Source: Podarcis muralis (taxonomy: Eukaryota). From it: 64,000 bases of DNA. The stretch spans positions 29,636,001 through 29,700,000 of the forward strand of contig NC_135656.1 in the NCBI RefSeq assembly GCF_964188315.1. Reading direction: 5' to 3'. The notes beneath the pieces were generated by a model that was given only the letters and a program-made list of their open reading frames with translations, was not told the origin of the DNA and searched no databases. The position numbers and the translations under genes are program-made. Below, one piece after another: positions 47,401 through 60,500 of this stretch; position 1 is the first letter of the stretch; each line of letters opens with the position of its first letter.

Positions 47401-50400
47401 ATCTACAGTATGCTTTAGATTTGCATTCTCTCTTCCCTACTCCTTCACACACAAGCCCAAGGCTTGCTGTAGCACATTCTCTTTACAAACCGTATATCGC
47501 CATTACACCTGAACTGGACCAGTAGCTACATTTTACCTTGGTGTAAATACTGCTTGATGGACAATTTAATGAAGGTACGCCTGGTAATGGCTGCTTCACT
47601 TTTACCCATGAGGAATATCTTAAACCTTTGTACAACCAGTAAAATATAGCTTAGATCAGACTTTTGACTTAACATTTTCTGACAATGTAGAATAATGATC
47701 TCCAAGGTGAAGAGAAATATATTTTCTGATCCATATGCTCCCATGTGTAGTCTAGAATTATTAAAGTTCTAATGCCATCTCAGGAGAGCAAAATTCCTAA
47801 TGTATTAAAAAAAGAACAAAGAAGTATTTCAGAACTCACCTCAATAAAGGTTGTGTGACCCCTAGACTCTGTCTCAAGGCAAGCACGAAGGAACTCTGCA
47901 AGCGAAGTGTGATGTTGCTGCTGAAAGTATACCTTGGCCAAGTCATCTGCCAGAAAGGAGCCCAGCTGTGAATCACCAAGGCGGACTACAGAATCGGGCG
48001 TTGCACAGTTTAACAGGACCAACTTGGCTTCTTCTTGTACTTTTCGCATCAGTTCCTGAGGGGAAGCATCCATTTTCAGCTTCTCCGTCACCTGCAAGAC
48101 AACTGAGGCACATGTGTCAGGATGGTAGCCAACAAAGACATCAGAAGGGGTGTATTTCTGCTGGCCCATAAAGTATTTTTCTGTTTCAACTGTTGTGAAG
48201 CTGTCCACCCATTTCTTCAATTCTTCCACAGTGTCTCTTTGCCTCCTGTCCAACACAGTATTGATGTCTAGGTAGTGCTTTTCAAGCCTGTTGATCAACG
48301 GGATGGGGAAATGTTTGTAGACCACCTCTTTCTCCTCAATGACAATCAAACGGAACTTAGGGTGCACTCTGCATTTCACTCGATGGGTCCCCAAACCCAA
48401 GTCAACATACTTTTGACCAGCAAGTTGAACGTAATACTGATTAAGGGCATCATAGAGGCTTTCATACAGATTATGCAGGTTGAGAAGAATGACCATCTGC
48501 CCTGTCTCCATACAGATCTTCACTCGGTTGATGTTTCTGCAGATCTGGGTGTATTCCTGGTCTTTGGGAAAACTGGAACCAAAAATAATTTCTGGCTGCT
48601 GTGTACCTTTGAAAAAAGCCTGCTGCAGGATCTGGAGGGCTGCATAATTTTCCGTCAACACCAGCAGGTAACGGCATTCACCATCCTCATAGTCACTGTA
48701 AATGTTCTGCTGAACTAGATCAATTGTACCAATGTCCTCACGGATGGCATCTCCTTTTTCTGAGAACCTAGACATAAAAATGTTCAAGGCCTCAACCCCT
48801 TCTTTACCACTGAAATTACGGAGAACTATCTCTGCTAGTTCACGGGGAGCTGGCTCTCTTCTCAGTTTTTTGGTTAAAGCAAACACCATTTTTATGAGAC
48901 TGTAATAATCACGCAACCCAAAGAACTCCTTGCCTTGGGTCTTGCAAATTTCCTCATAAGCACTTGCAAAGATGGGAAAGAAGCGGTCAACTTTGTGCAG
49001 GACGGAGCGTTCTGAAGAGCAGATACCCTTTGCGCTTTCTATGAGCTCCTTCTTGTTTGGTTCTCCACGGGATACAAAGATGCCTCGATTCATCTTAGCT
49101 GGATCCAGCGCCCAGTTAGAGATCCCAATGAAGCCAACTTTTTTATGAGGGAGTGGATCATCATCAACACAGCCATCTTCCAAGAGCGGGTGAAGGGTCT
49201 TCAGAGGCATTTTGGGGGAGTCTTCAGCCAAGCCAATTTCGTCTAACACCACCACAGAGACATACTCCTTTAGGTTCTTTCCTTCTTGGAAGCGAGCACA
49301 ATGCTTGAAAGTGTTGATGATTCCCTCAGGGGTAGAGTGTGGGCTGCACTGAAAGGACACCAAATGGATTTGCTTCAGTTCTTTATAAAGCTCAGTATAT
49401 GCAGCTTGGCCTTGCATGGCATCAGCCACAATCGTTTTGGCAAGAGATTTGGAACTGCCAGGCTTGCCAATGAGAAACAAGGGGATTTTAAGTTCAATGC
49501 AGATAACCATCATAAAAACATTTTCCTTCAGTGCTAAGTTCTTGGCGATCGTTTCCCTCAGAGGTAGGTCACTCAAGAAGAGATCCTGAACTAAGCCAAT
49601 TTCTTCAATGATTCCCTTTTCATCATCATATGGCTCTGGAAGGATGGTGCTGATGACTGTTCGGTACTCCCTTTTCCTTTCGAGGGAAGCATGGTAGCAA
49701 ACACCCACTGCAAGAACCAAGGACCAAAGGACTGGGTCTCGCTGGACAAAAACTTTAGCTGCCTTCCTCTCTGCAACTTGCTTCTCCAGATGTTTCATTA
49801 GTAGTTCACTGTGGCTGTGGAACCACTTGAAGACTTCCACGCAGCGTTCCACATCCCTGAGGCTGATAAAGCTGCATTCATCATTCCTTTGCCTCATATA
49901 TGTCTGAGACACAAAAAGCACATCTGTTATTAACTGGAGCTCAACATCAGACATTGGTATTGACCTAGTAAGTCTTTGCACAATCTGCTGTATATATAGT
50001 TTTTCAGTAACGTTGTTCAACTGTCCGAAATCCCACACTAGAGGGATCATGCTAGGAGGGAGCGCATGGACACGGTATACCAGCTGCCTAAGAGGAATAG
50101 AGCCAAGCTTTTCCTTGGTCTCCTCTGCTTTGACACGGTAGCCTAAGCCAGCCGATTCCAAGCGCTGAATCATTTCCCCTGTATGCTTGCGATAAGGATT
50201 GCATGCAGCTATGATTTGCAGACCTGAGTTGTGGATCAAAGGCTGTCCTTCAACTGTGCGATCACACAAGACTTCCTTGATGCTGCTGACAGCTTCAGTG
50301 GTGTTGGCTTCATCAAAAAACAGGATGGTGTCAAACTGGTATTGTTGCTTATTGTCAATAGCAATGTCTTCTGCTTCCCTGACTTTGGCATAGATTGCAT

Positions 50401-51444
50401 CTGCTGTGGTGCCTCCATGGACCTTGACAAGCTTCATGTTATCGGCATTGGCACCGCTCCTACGTAGTTCGCACAGGAATTTTATTAGCCTGGTTTTTCC
50501 ACAGCCAGTTTCTCCCATGAGGACAACAGGGATACCACACCTGAATCGCATTTCAATGGCAAGGATCTTTAGCATATTGTCTGTTGTGAGCTCATACGTA
50601 TCATCAGGATCAATTGGCCACTGTATTCCTAAAACCATGCAAAGTTTCTCAATTTTGTCATGTCTGGGCAGTGCATCAAAATTAATGTTGAATGGAACTC
50701 TCTGAAGGCACAATCCCTGGTATAGCTGAGCTGTCATTACATTTCTCTTGATGACACTCCCATTCAAGGGATTGATGGCATCAATACCACCATTAGCACT
50801 GGGTTTGAGATGAAAGCCAATGAATGTCATAGATACAGAATCCGCATTGAAAAATATATATGGGTGGGGTTCTGACTCCCACTTCTTCCGAACACGAAAT
50901 GGAGCAAGATCTTCTTCTGTGACTCCTTCCATGTCAAAAAACTGATTCCCAGGGCTTTCATCAGAAATGTTTAGAGATGGTGTAGCAAAATCCTTTGCCA
51001 TTAAAATCATAAATGTGACCACGAAATTTTTGAAGCCGTGTAAAGCGTCGTCGACAAAAGCAGCATTACAGAACACTGATGTTTCACAATTTCTCAGTTG
51101 AAGGTTCAAAAACCAAACAAAGTTTCTCAGTTCTGACCAGGAAGGATCTATCACTCCACAGTGGATCAGGAGCATCTGCAGGCACTCTGCTGGTGTCCCT
51201 TCAACAGAGCCTTTTTCATACTGGAATGTGTCAAGACAATCTCCTCTGTTAGATCTTCTCAAGTACTGGTAGGGTCTCTGAAAGGCTTCGCTATGGAACA
51301 CTTCCTGATCTATACCTGGGTCTGAGCAATCATAGGACAGATTCCTCTGCATGTCCATTTCTAGGACTTCCTTGGGAGATCTGCAGGTTACTTTGGGGAA
51401 CACATCCATGAAGTTGTACTTCAATCCTGGAAAATACTTTTTTT

Positions 51445-51497
<53 letters not shown>

Positions 51498-51540
51498 AGG
51501 GAAAGGTTATCCCAATATCACACATCTTGGTCACTCATAC

Positions 51541-51577
<37 letters not shown>

Positions 51578-54500
51578 GTTTTGGTAATTTTTCCACAGCT
51601 TTTAAACTTTTAAACTGACGAGTTAATACTGCTTCTCATTCATTCTATTTTCCTGGATAATTAAAAAAATATCAGTTATCTTAGCACACATACAATTTTA
51701 ATATCAACATTCCATAAATACATGATTATGTTAGAAATCATTAAACTCTTAAAAAATGGGAGCTTTGCAATAGGGTTTTTCAGTGGTGTACTAGCAAAGT
51801 ACCATGTAAGAACCATGAACCTTGGTAAGTTGGATGTGATCAAAAATGAGATGGCAAGAATAAATACTGACATCCTGGGCACCAGTGAACTAAAATGGAC
51901 GGGAATGGGCAAATTCAGCTTGGATGACCATCAAATCTACTACTGTGGGCAAGAATCCCGTAAAAGAAATGGAGTGGCCTTCATAGTCAACAAAAGAGTG
52001 GCGAAAGCTGTACTGGGATGCAATCTCAAAAATGATAGAATGATCTCGATACAAATCCAAGGCAGACCTTTTAACATACAGTAATCCAAGTTTATGCACC
52101 AACTACTGGTGCTGAAGAAACTGAAATTGACCAATTCTATGAAGACTTACAACACCTTATAGAAATGACACCAAAGAAGGATGTTCTTCTCATTATAGGG
52201 GATTGGAATGCTAAAGTAGGGAGTCAAGAGATAAAAGGAACAACTGGCAAGTTTGGCCTTGGTGTTCAAAACGAAGCAGGGCAAAGGCTAATAGAGTTTC
52301 GTCAAGAGAACAAGCTGGCCATCACAAACACTCTTTTCCAACAACACAAGAGACGACTCTACACATGGACATCACCAGATGGGCAGCATCGAAATCAGAT
52401 TGATTATATTCTCTGCAGCCAAAAATGGAGAAGCTCTATACAGTCAGCAAAAACAAGACCTGGAGCTGACTGTGGCTCAGATCATCAGCTTCTTATAACA
52501 AAATTCAAGCTTAAACTGAAGAAAGTAGGAAAAAGCACTGGGCCGGTAAGATACAATCTAAATCAAATCCCTTATGAATACACAGTGGAAGTGAGGAACA
52601 GGTTTAAGGATTTAGAGTTGATGGACAGAGTGCCTGAAGAACTATGGATGGAGGCTCGTAACATTGTACAGGAGGCAGCAACGAAAACCATCCCAACGAA
52701 AAGGAAATGCAAGAAAGCAAAGTGGCTGTCCAACGAGGCCTTACAAATAGCGGGGGAGAGAAGGCAAGCAAAAAGCAAGGGAGATAGTGAAAGATACAGG
52801 AAATTGAATGCAGATTTCCAAAAAATAGCAAGGAGAGACAAGAAGGCCTTCTTAAATGAGCAATGCAAAGAATTAGAGGAAAACAATAGAATGGGAAGAA
52901 CCAGAGATCTGTTCAAGAAAATTGGAGATATGAAAGGAACATTTCGTACAGAGATCACCATAATAAAGGACAAAAGTAGTAAGGCCCTAACAGAAGCAGA
53001 AGGCATCAAGAAGAGGTGGCAAGAATACACAGAGGAATTATACCAGAAAGATATGGCTGTCTCGTACACCCCAGGTAGTGTGGTTGCTGACCTTGAGCCA
53101 GACATCCTGGAGAGTGAAGTCAAATGGGCCTTAGAAAGCACTGCTAATAACAAGGCCAGTGGAAGTGATGATATTCCAGCTGAACTATTTAAAATTTTTA
53201 AAGATGATGCTGTTAAGGTGCTACACTCAATATGCCAGCAAATTTGGAAAACTCAGAAGTGGCCAGAGGATTGGAGAAGATCAGTCTACATCCCAATCCC
53301 AAAGAAGGGCAATGCCAAAGAATGCTCCAACTACCGCACAATTGCACTCATTTCACACGCTAGCAAGGTTATGCTTAAAATTCTACAAGGCAGGCTTAAG
53401 CAGTATGTGGACCGAGAACTCCCAGAAGTGCAAGCTGGATTTCGAAGGGGCAGAGGAACCAGAGACCAAATTACAAACATGCGCTGGATCATGGAGAAAG
53501 CTAGAGAGTTCCAGAAAGACATCTACTTCTGCTTCATTGACTATGCAAAAGCCTTTGACTGTGTCGACCACAGCAAACTATGGCAAGTTCTTAAAGAAAT
53601 GGGAGTGCCTGATCACCTCATCTGTCTCCTGAGAAATCTCTATGTGGGACAAGAAGCTACAGTTAGAACTGGATATGGAACAACTGATTGGTTCAAAATT
53701 GGGAAAGGAGTACGACAAGGCTGTATATTGTCTCCCTGCTTATTTAACTTATATGCAGAATTCATCATGCGAAAGGCTGGGCTGGATGAATCCCAAGCCG
53801 GAATAAAGATTGCCGGAAGAAATATCAACAACCTCAGATATGTAGATGACACAACCTTGATGGCAGAAAGTGAGGAGGAATTAAAGAACCTGTAACATCA
53901 TGGCCCCTGGTCCCATCACATCCTGGCAAATAGAAGGGGAAGAAATGGAGGCAGTGAGAGATTTTACTTTCTTGGGTTCCATGATCACTGCAGATGGTGA
54001 CAGCAGTCACAAAATTAAAAGACGCCTGCTTCTTGGAAGAAAAGCAATGACAAACCTAGACAGCATCTTAAAAAGCAGAGACATCACCTTGCCAATAAAG
54101 GTCTGTATAGTTAAAGCTATTGTTTTCCCAGTAGTGATGTATGGAAGTGACAGCTGGACCATAAAGAAGGCTGATCGCTGAAGAATTGATGCTTTTGAAT
54201 TATGGTGATGGAGGAGACTCGAGAGTCCCATGGACTGCAAGAAGATCAAACCTATCCATTTTGAAGGAAATCAGCCCTGAGTGCTCACTGGAAGGACAGA
54301 TCCAGAAGCTGAGGCTCCAATACTTTGGCCACCTCATGAGAAGAGAAGATTCCCTGGAAAAGACCCTGATGTTGGGAAAGATTGAGGGCACAAGGAGAAG
54401 GGGACGACAGAGGACGAGATGGTTGGACAGTGTTCTCGAAGCTGCCAGCATGAGTTTGACCAAACTGCGGAAGGCAGTGGAAGACAGGAGTACCTGGGAT

Positions 54501-57500
54501 GCTCTGGTCCATGGGGTCACGAAGAGTCGGACACGACTAAACAACAACTAGCAATTTAGGACATAGTAGTTCAATACCCATAGGTACTTACAGATCTAGT
54601 TTGTTTTCTTGGTGATGAAGATGTTTGAAGAATTTCTACAACATACAAATGACACTGTTTCCGCAGCCAGAGTTTCCCATGTATATCTGCCAGGTACTGT
54701 AAAACTAAAAGCTTGAACAGAAATTCTGGAATTCCAGAATGAACCTAGGAAAATACAGAAATGTAGTAAAAAGACAAATGAAATTTTCCTCCTCATTGAG
54801 TTGCCAACCAACCAATAACAACCAACTTTATTAAGTGAGGGGTAGGGTAAGGAGACAAAGTTTTGCCAAAACCATGGTATACTCACTGAAGAAGTGATAT
54901 CAAAATGAAATATCATAGGCTGTTTCTGGTACTTATGGTGCAGGTATGGGAGAAGAGACTTCAGCACTTTCCCTTCATCCACGTGGGGGTCTATCAACCT
55001 AATAGTTTTTAGTGGCACTTCAGAGCGATGTAGTTTTGCTTCCATTTTCTGTTGCAGCCTCTTTACATAGAGAGATTTTCCTATTGTTAATAATAAAAAC
55101 ATATCTGAGTTATTAATGGGCACAGCAGGCACACAATGGATTGGTTTGAAACTGAGAGCACTCAATAGTCTGGGCTTCTGCTGAGCAACAAGTAGGAAGA
55201 ATCTGGGTGAGGGAGAGAAACTGATCCAATAAACACTTGGATACAGTCTTCAGCTAGAGCTGTACTAACTGTTTATCCCAAAATGTACCAGTCACAGCTG
55301 CCACCACCTGCACTGTAACCTCTGGTTTTCATCTTGGAATCATCTCTGTAAAAAGAGGTACTATTCCTTCCAACATTTATGTCTAAGCTTGGGACAAAAA
55401 CACTAAACAGCAGGCTGAAATACTGTTCAAGTAAAACTACTCTTTTAGACAGGCACTGAGCCTGCTGTTTAATGTGCCCCTTGCCCCTCATTATTCCTGT
55501 GCTGATCTTTCCAGTTACAAGCTGAAAGAGCATCACAGAAGGAAAAACAACAGACCATGTTTTATACCCTCAAGTTTTAGTCTACACATTCTGAAACATA
55601 GATGGAAAACTAGATGTACTTAGTTCACTCACCTACTCCAGCTCTTTCAGAAGCTACAATCCCAACGCACATTTGGTCCTTGAAGACAGAAGCCGATGAA
55701 TTTTGTGTTGCTTTGTAATGATTCCCAAGGTAGCCCTGAATGTCCTTCAGGGGCTGCTGAGGGATCATGTGAACTTTGAACTGGCTGAAGACAGAAGGGA
55801 CATAGCAGTGCTCTCTCTCACAGTTGCAGAGAATCACTAGCCGATAATCATCCTGATGCTTTAAGTGAAGACTCTGGAAAAGTTCCTCAGACCTGTAGCC
55901 AACATCATAACTCAACTCATCTGCAAACAGCAAGGTGTAAATCTTTTCCCCCTTATAGCCTGAAGTGAGGCACCGCCTCAAAAACAGCGCCACTTGTTCA
56001 TAGCTGGTTTGTGGTGTGCAGAGCAGGACTTCATCGTAAGAGGGTAGCATCTCCCCTGGACTGTTCATGTAGATGGCCAGTGCCGAAGCCAACACCTCAG
56101 AGCGAGGACAGAGAATGAGGTTAGGCCTGCCAGCATGAAGACCTTGTGGCAATTTTCGCATAACACTCCTCTTCTCCAGATCTGCCAGGGTGGCCAAGTA
56201 AATGCCAAGGGTTTCAATGTCCAGGCAGCCTGGAAGGAAGGAGCCCATACTTCCCATGTACGACTCCCAGATGTACTCCAGTTGTACAGCCAACTCTTTC
56301 CCTCTTGCCACCGGCCCAAATAAATCGGCAAAATTCCTCTTTGCTTTTTTAGACACTACTTGGCGGGAGATCTCCTGGATATCTTGCTTGCTGCAGTTGC
56401 GCTTTATAAATGACAGCATCGTTAAGGCAGCCTCACTGGGGCACTCTGAGCCAAGCTCCTTGCACAAGTATACAAACTGTTCTGCCATATAGTAATTCAA
56501 ATAATAGTACTGGGATCGCTTCTCCGACATAAACTGGTTCCACTTTTCCAGGAAACTCTCCATCTTTCGGCAAATGAGTGGCAGAACATCTGTGACATCT
56601 CCATTTCCAGTAAGGACAGAACTAGAATTTAAATTGAAATCCATGCAAAGGCAGAATTCATGGTTGGGTGAGCAATATACACTAGCGACCCAAGAGCGGA
56701 AAAGCATGTTTCCAGCAGAATGAAGGTTGATGAAAGACAGTGCAAGCCTCTGGACACTAGAAAATACCTGGGTGCAGAAGAAACACAGCAGAAGACAGCA
56801 CAATGAATCTAAATATCACAACACCAATGAATGTGAAATATGCATTACCCATTGCCACCCTTACTACTAGAATGCCTAAACTAGCATTGGCCAACTCCAT
56901 TTGCTTAGAGACAGAGCTACACCAGCAGAAACTATGGCCAAATTGAACTTTTAAGCTGGTTAACCAAAATACATGAAGGCGGTATAAAAAACTGGTTCTC
57001 CTAACATTTATTGATTTAAAAACTGATACACCACTTTTCATTTATAGAGCTCAAAGGGGTTCACAATATGTATTAAAATAATGGGGGGGAGAGACATTTA
57101 CTTCCTGAATTTTTCTTCAACCTTTCTCCCTTCAACATTCTGTACAGGCAAACAGTCAACAAGCTCTGGTCCAAGGGCATTCAGGGTGTAAAATTTTAAT
57201 TGTTTTAAAATTTATCAGGAACACTGAAATTTAGAAAGGTCAAGTGAGCCAAATGATGGAGCTATTCAATTCCCAAAGGAACATCCTAATCAGCAACAAA
57301 TCATCACAATTCAATGTGATGCAAACTTCTGTGAAGTTTCAAATTGTATTTTACATCTCAGGGGGAAAAACACTTACTGAAATCTCTACAATCTCTCAAA
57401 CGACACAGAAATGCAGCATGACTGGAAGAAGAACCCCATTACTCTTGTCCCCCACCACACATCCCTCAAAGGACAATATGAGTTTCAAAATACAAACAGG

Positions 57501-60500
57501 AAATTATGCCTGAAAACTGACCTCAGAAAACTTCTCTACTTCTGCACCTTGTTCTACCTTGCCTGACATCAGCATCAGCTTATTCATCAATTCTCGGAGC
57601 TCTTCTAGGGAGTACTGCCGTTCCTCTTCTTGGCCACCGTGACTTTCTGAGATAGTCAGGCACAGGACAGTATCCAGAGAAACCTAGAAATAAATTTAAT
57701 CATTGCTTTATTTCCTTATGATGTCATACAAGGTTCCCCCCTACTATATGTAGAGATAGCAGTTGTCAGCGGTAAATAGGTTTATGCTAAATACTGAGAG
57801 GGTTGCACCAAATTATGAGGGCAATGTCTTTGGAAAGATGCCAGTAAAAAGTTGTGGCAAATGCCACCAACAGAAAATAGCTCTGTGATAGTGAATTCTC
57901 AAGTTCACACTCATGAACACTATGGGAGGAAATCCCTGACCAACCTAATGGTGTTACAACAGAGAGGCACCAGGAAATGATAAAAGAAGCAGTTTATTGA
58001 AAGAGACACTTAGAAAGGGTTATATCATTCACTTTATAGCAGGCTGTTTGTTGGGTGTGGTATACAGAAAAAGTAGATACTGAGCGATGAGGAGAAAGGT
58101 TACAAAAACTGGGACAATATACTTACCTTCCGGCCTTCTGCTGGTGCCCTAATTCGGTAGATTCCCTTGCTATTGATTTTAGTTGCCAGGGATATAGATG
58201 ATAGTTCCACAGAACCATGACTCTCTTTTATTGTTTTTAGCCATTCCAAGTATCTTGCAGAATCACGCTGTAGGGTTTAGGGAGAAGATATACTCTGAAT
58301 TAGTCCCATACTTTATCCCAGAACAAATCATATGCTGATAATAGCATAGCCATAGATGACAAGGGAGCATGGTGTGTTGCTAAATGACAATCCTCACTCT
58401 AGGACATGATTATTTGAATCTGGAAGATTTCTGTTCCGCTATTCTGTGCTGTGAAGCCCAGAGATATTTCATGAAATTAAAAGTAGCTACTGAACCCACC
58501 AGCTGGTATGATGCACAAAACTGCAGTGTATGCAGTAGAATAGAGCACAGGCATAAATGCTATTCACATACAAAGCACACACTACTCTGCAGAATGTAGG
58601 TTTAAGTAGCTACAAGGTGGATATCCCTACAAGATCTCAATGTCCACACCAATAATTTTCTACCCTTCATTATATCTACAGTAAACTCACACCTGGACAC
58701 AGGTGGCACTGTGGTCTAAACCACAGAGCCAAGGGCTTGCCGATCAGAAGGTCAGCGGTTTGAATCTCCATGACGGGGTGAGTTCCCGTTGCTCGGTCCC
58801 AGCTCCTGCCCACCTAGCTGTTCAAAAGCACGTCAAAGTGCAAGTAGATAAATAGGTACCGCTCCGGCAGGAAGGTAAATGGCATTTCCGTGCACTGCTC
58901 TGGTTTCACCAGAAACAGCTTAGTCATGCTGGCCACATGACCCGGAAGCTGTCTGCGGACAAACGCTGGCTCCCTCAGCCAGTAAAGTGAGATGAGCGCC
59001 ACAACCCCAGAGTTGTCCGCGACTGGACTTAATGATCAGGGGTCCCTTTACCTTTAAACTCACATTGGATGCAGTATCTTTATAAAATACACAGCTTAAT
59101 AAGAGCAGATATACACAGATGAACTAAGGTCCAACTGCAGGAATTACCAGTTTTTTTGGGAGGTTGTTGTCACTCTCCAGAGCTTTCCAAAGTTTCCTCA
59201 AGCACTTCATGAGCTCCCCAAATCCCGATTCCCGTTTCAAGTCATACAACAGGGAGGAGTAGCCAAGGACAGCATCATGGAAACAAGCCACACGATCCAC
59301 ATCCATGTCATTCTCTCCCGCAGAGATAGAAGCTAAGTCCACAAATACCTTCAGCTCATTCTTATCTAATGCAAATAAACAAAGTGAAAGACACCCCAAA
59401 GTTTACTGTCTATAAGTTCCGCCCCTGGTAGTACTCCATGCCTTTCTACTAGGACCTACATCTTTATTCAGTGCTTGACACAAAGCCTGCATTACTTACG
59501 TTTGCTTCCTTTGCTTTGTGAAGTGGAATAAACCACAAGGAGGCAAAAGAACTATTGTGATAATCTGAAAGGTGTTTCTCAGAGGTTCTGAAAAACATGA
59601 CATTGTGGGCTATGCTGCCCTCTCAAATTAAAAACAGGAAATGCATCTTGCTCTTTGTCCATTGGCCATGCCCCCCAGGGAAAACCTTGATGCACTCTCT
59701 GAACCTATGTAAGGAAGCTAGCTCATAGGTTGGGCCCATGCCTTGTGTTCAACACTTCTGAGATGCACCCTTCAGAGGAGAACAATTGTTCCTTCCAAAG
59801 GTGGCGTGGTTGGATTGAATAAAGGTAAGATCTCAATTGGGTGGGCTCTCTATTCTATGACTTCCCCTTAACGAACCCGCTGGAGGATTTGCCTCCTAAA
59901 AGCCACCTCATGAAAAGCCACCTCATGAAAAGCATATTTACCAATCTTATGATGCCTCATGAACATCGTTGAAGTTGCCCATGCGGCTTCCCCGCACACC
60001 TCATTAAGAGGTGCATTTGCTGAAACCACTCTGTCCAAGTAAAAACTACGAAAATAATTTGCTATGGAAAGTGTTGTTAGTTCAATAATTTTTCTTGCTG
60101 AAATTATTGCTTCTCTCAACCTTGTGCATGTCTCATTTAAAGATAAGGCTGCCTGTACAAATAAAAATATGATGGAGACATGAAGTGGAAAGAGATCCTC
60201 CTTGTGTAAGGAAATAAGAAATTTAAGGGAGAAAAACAGGAAGCATGAGACAAGGGAATGAGAAGGAGTTGGTGGCTGAGAAATGGACAATACAACATCC
60301 TATTTTGGGGTCCCTCCTGCACTGAGACATCTTGCAGGTGCCAGCTTGTACAGAAAACAAAATGAGGAAATACATCATGTAATACACCTATACAGTGGTA
60401 CCTCGGGTTACATACGCTTCAGGTTACAGACTCCGTTAACCCAGAAATAGTACCTCGGGTTAAGAACTTTGCGTCAGGATGAGAAGAGAAATTGTGCTCC

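Noticed and set aside
48275-50705. Plus-strand ORFs over the giant exon
   Set aside because: Antisense shadows of the RNF213 coding sequence
52572-53153. 193-aa minus-strand ORF
   Set aside because: Antisense shadow of Bov-B ORF2
59895-59930. 15-bp tandem duplication aaagccacctcatga and a 14-bp one near 1675-1705
   Set aside because: Short slippage duplications with no functional context
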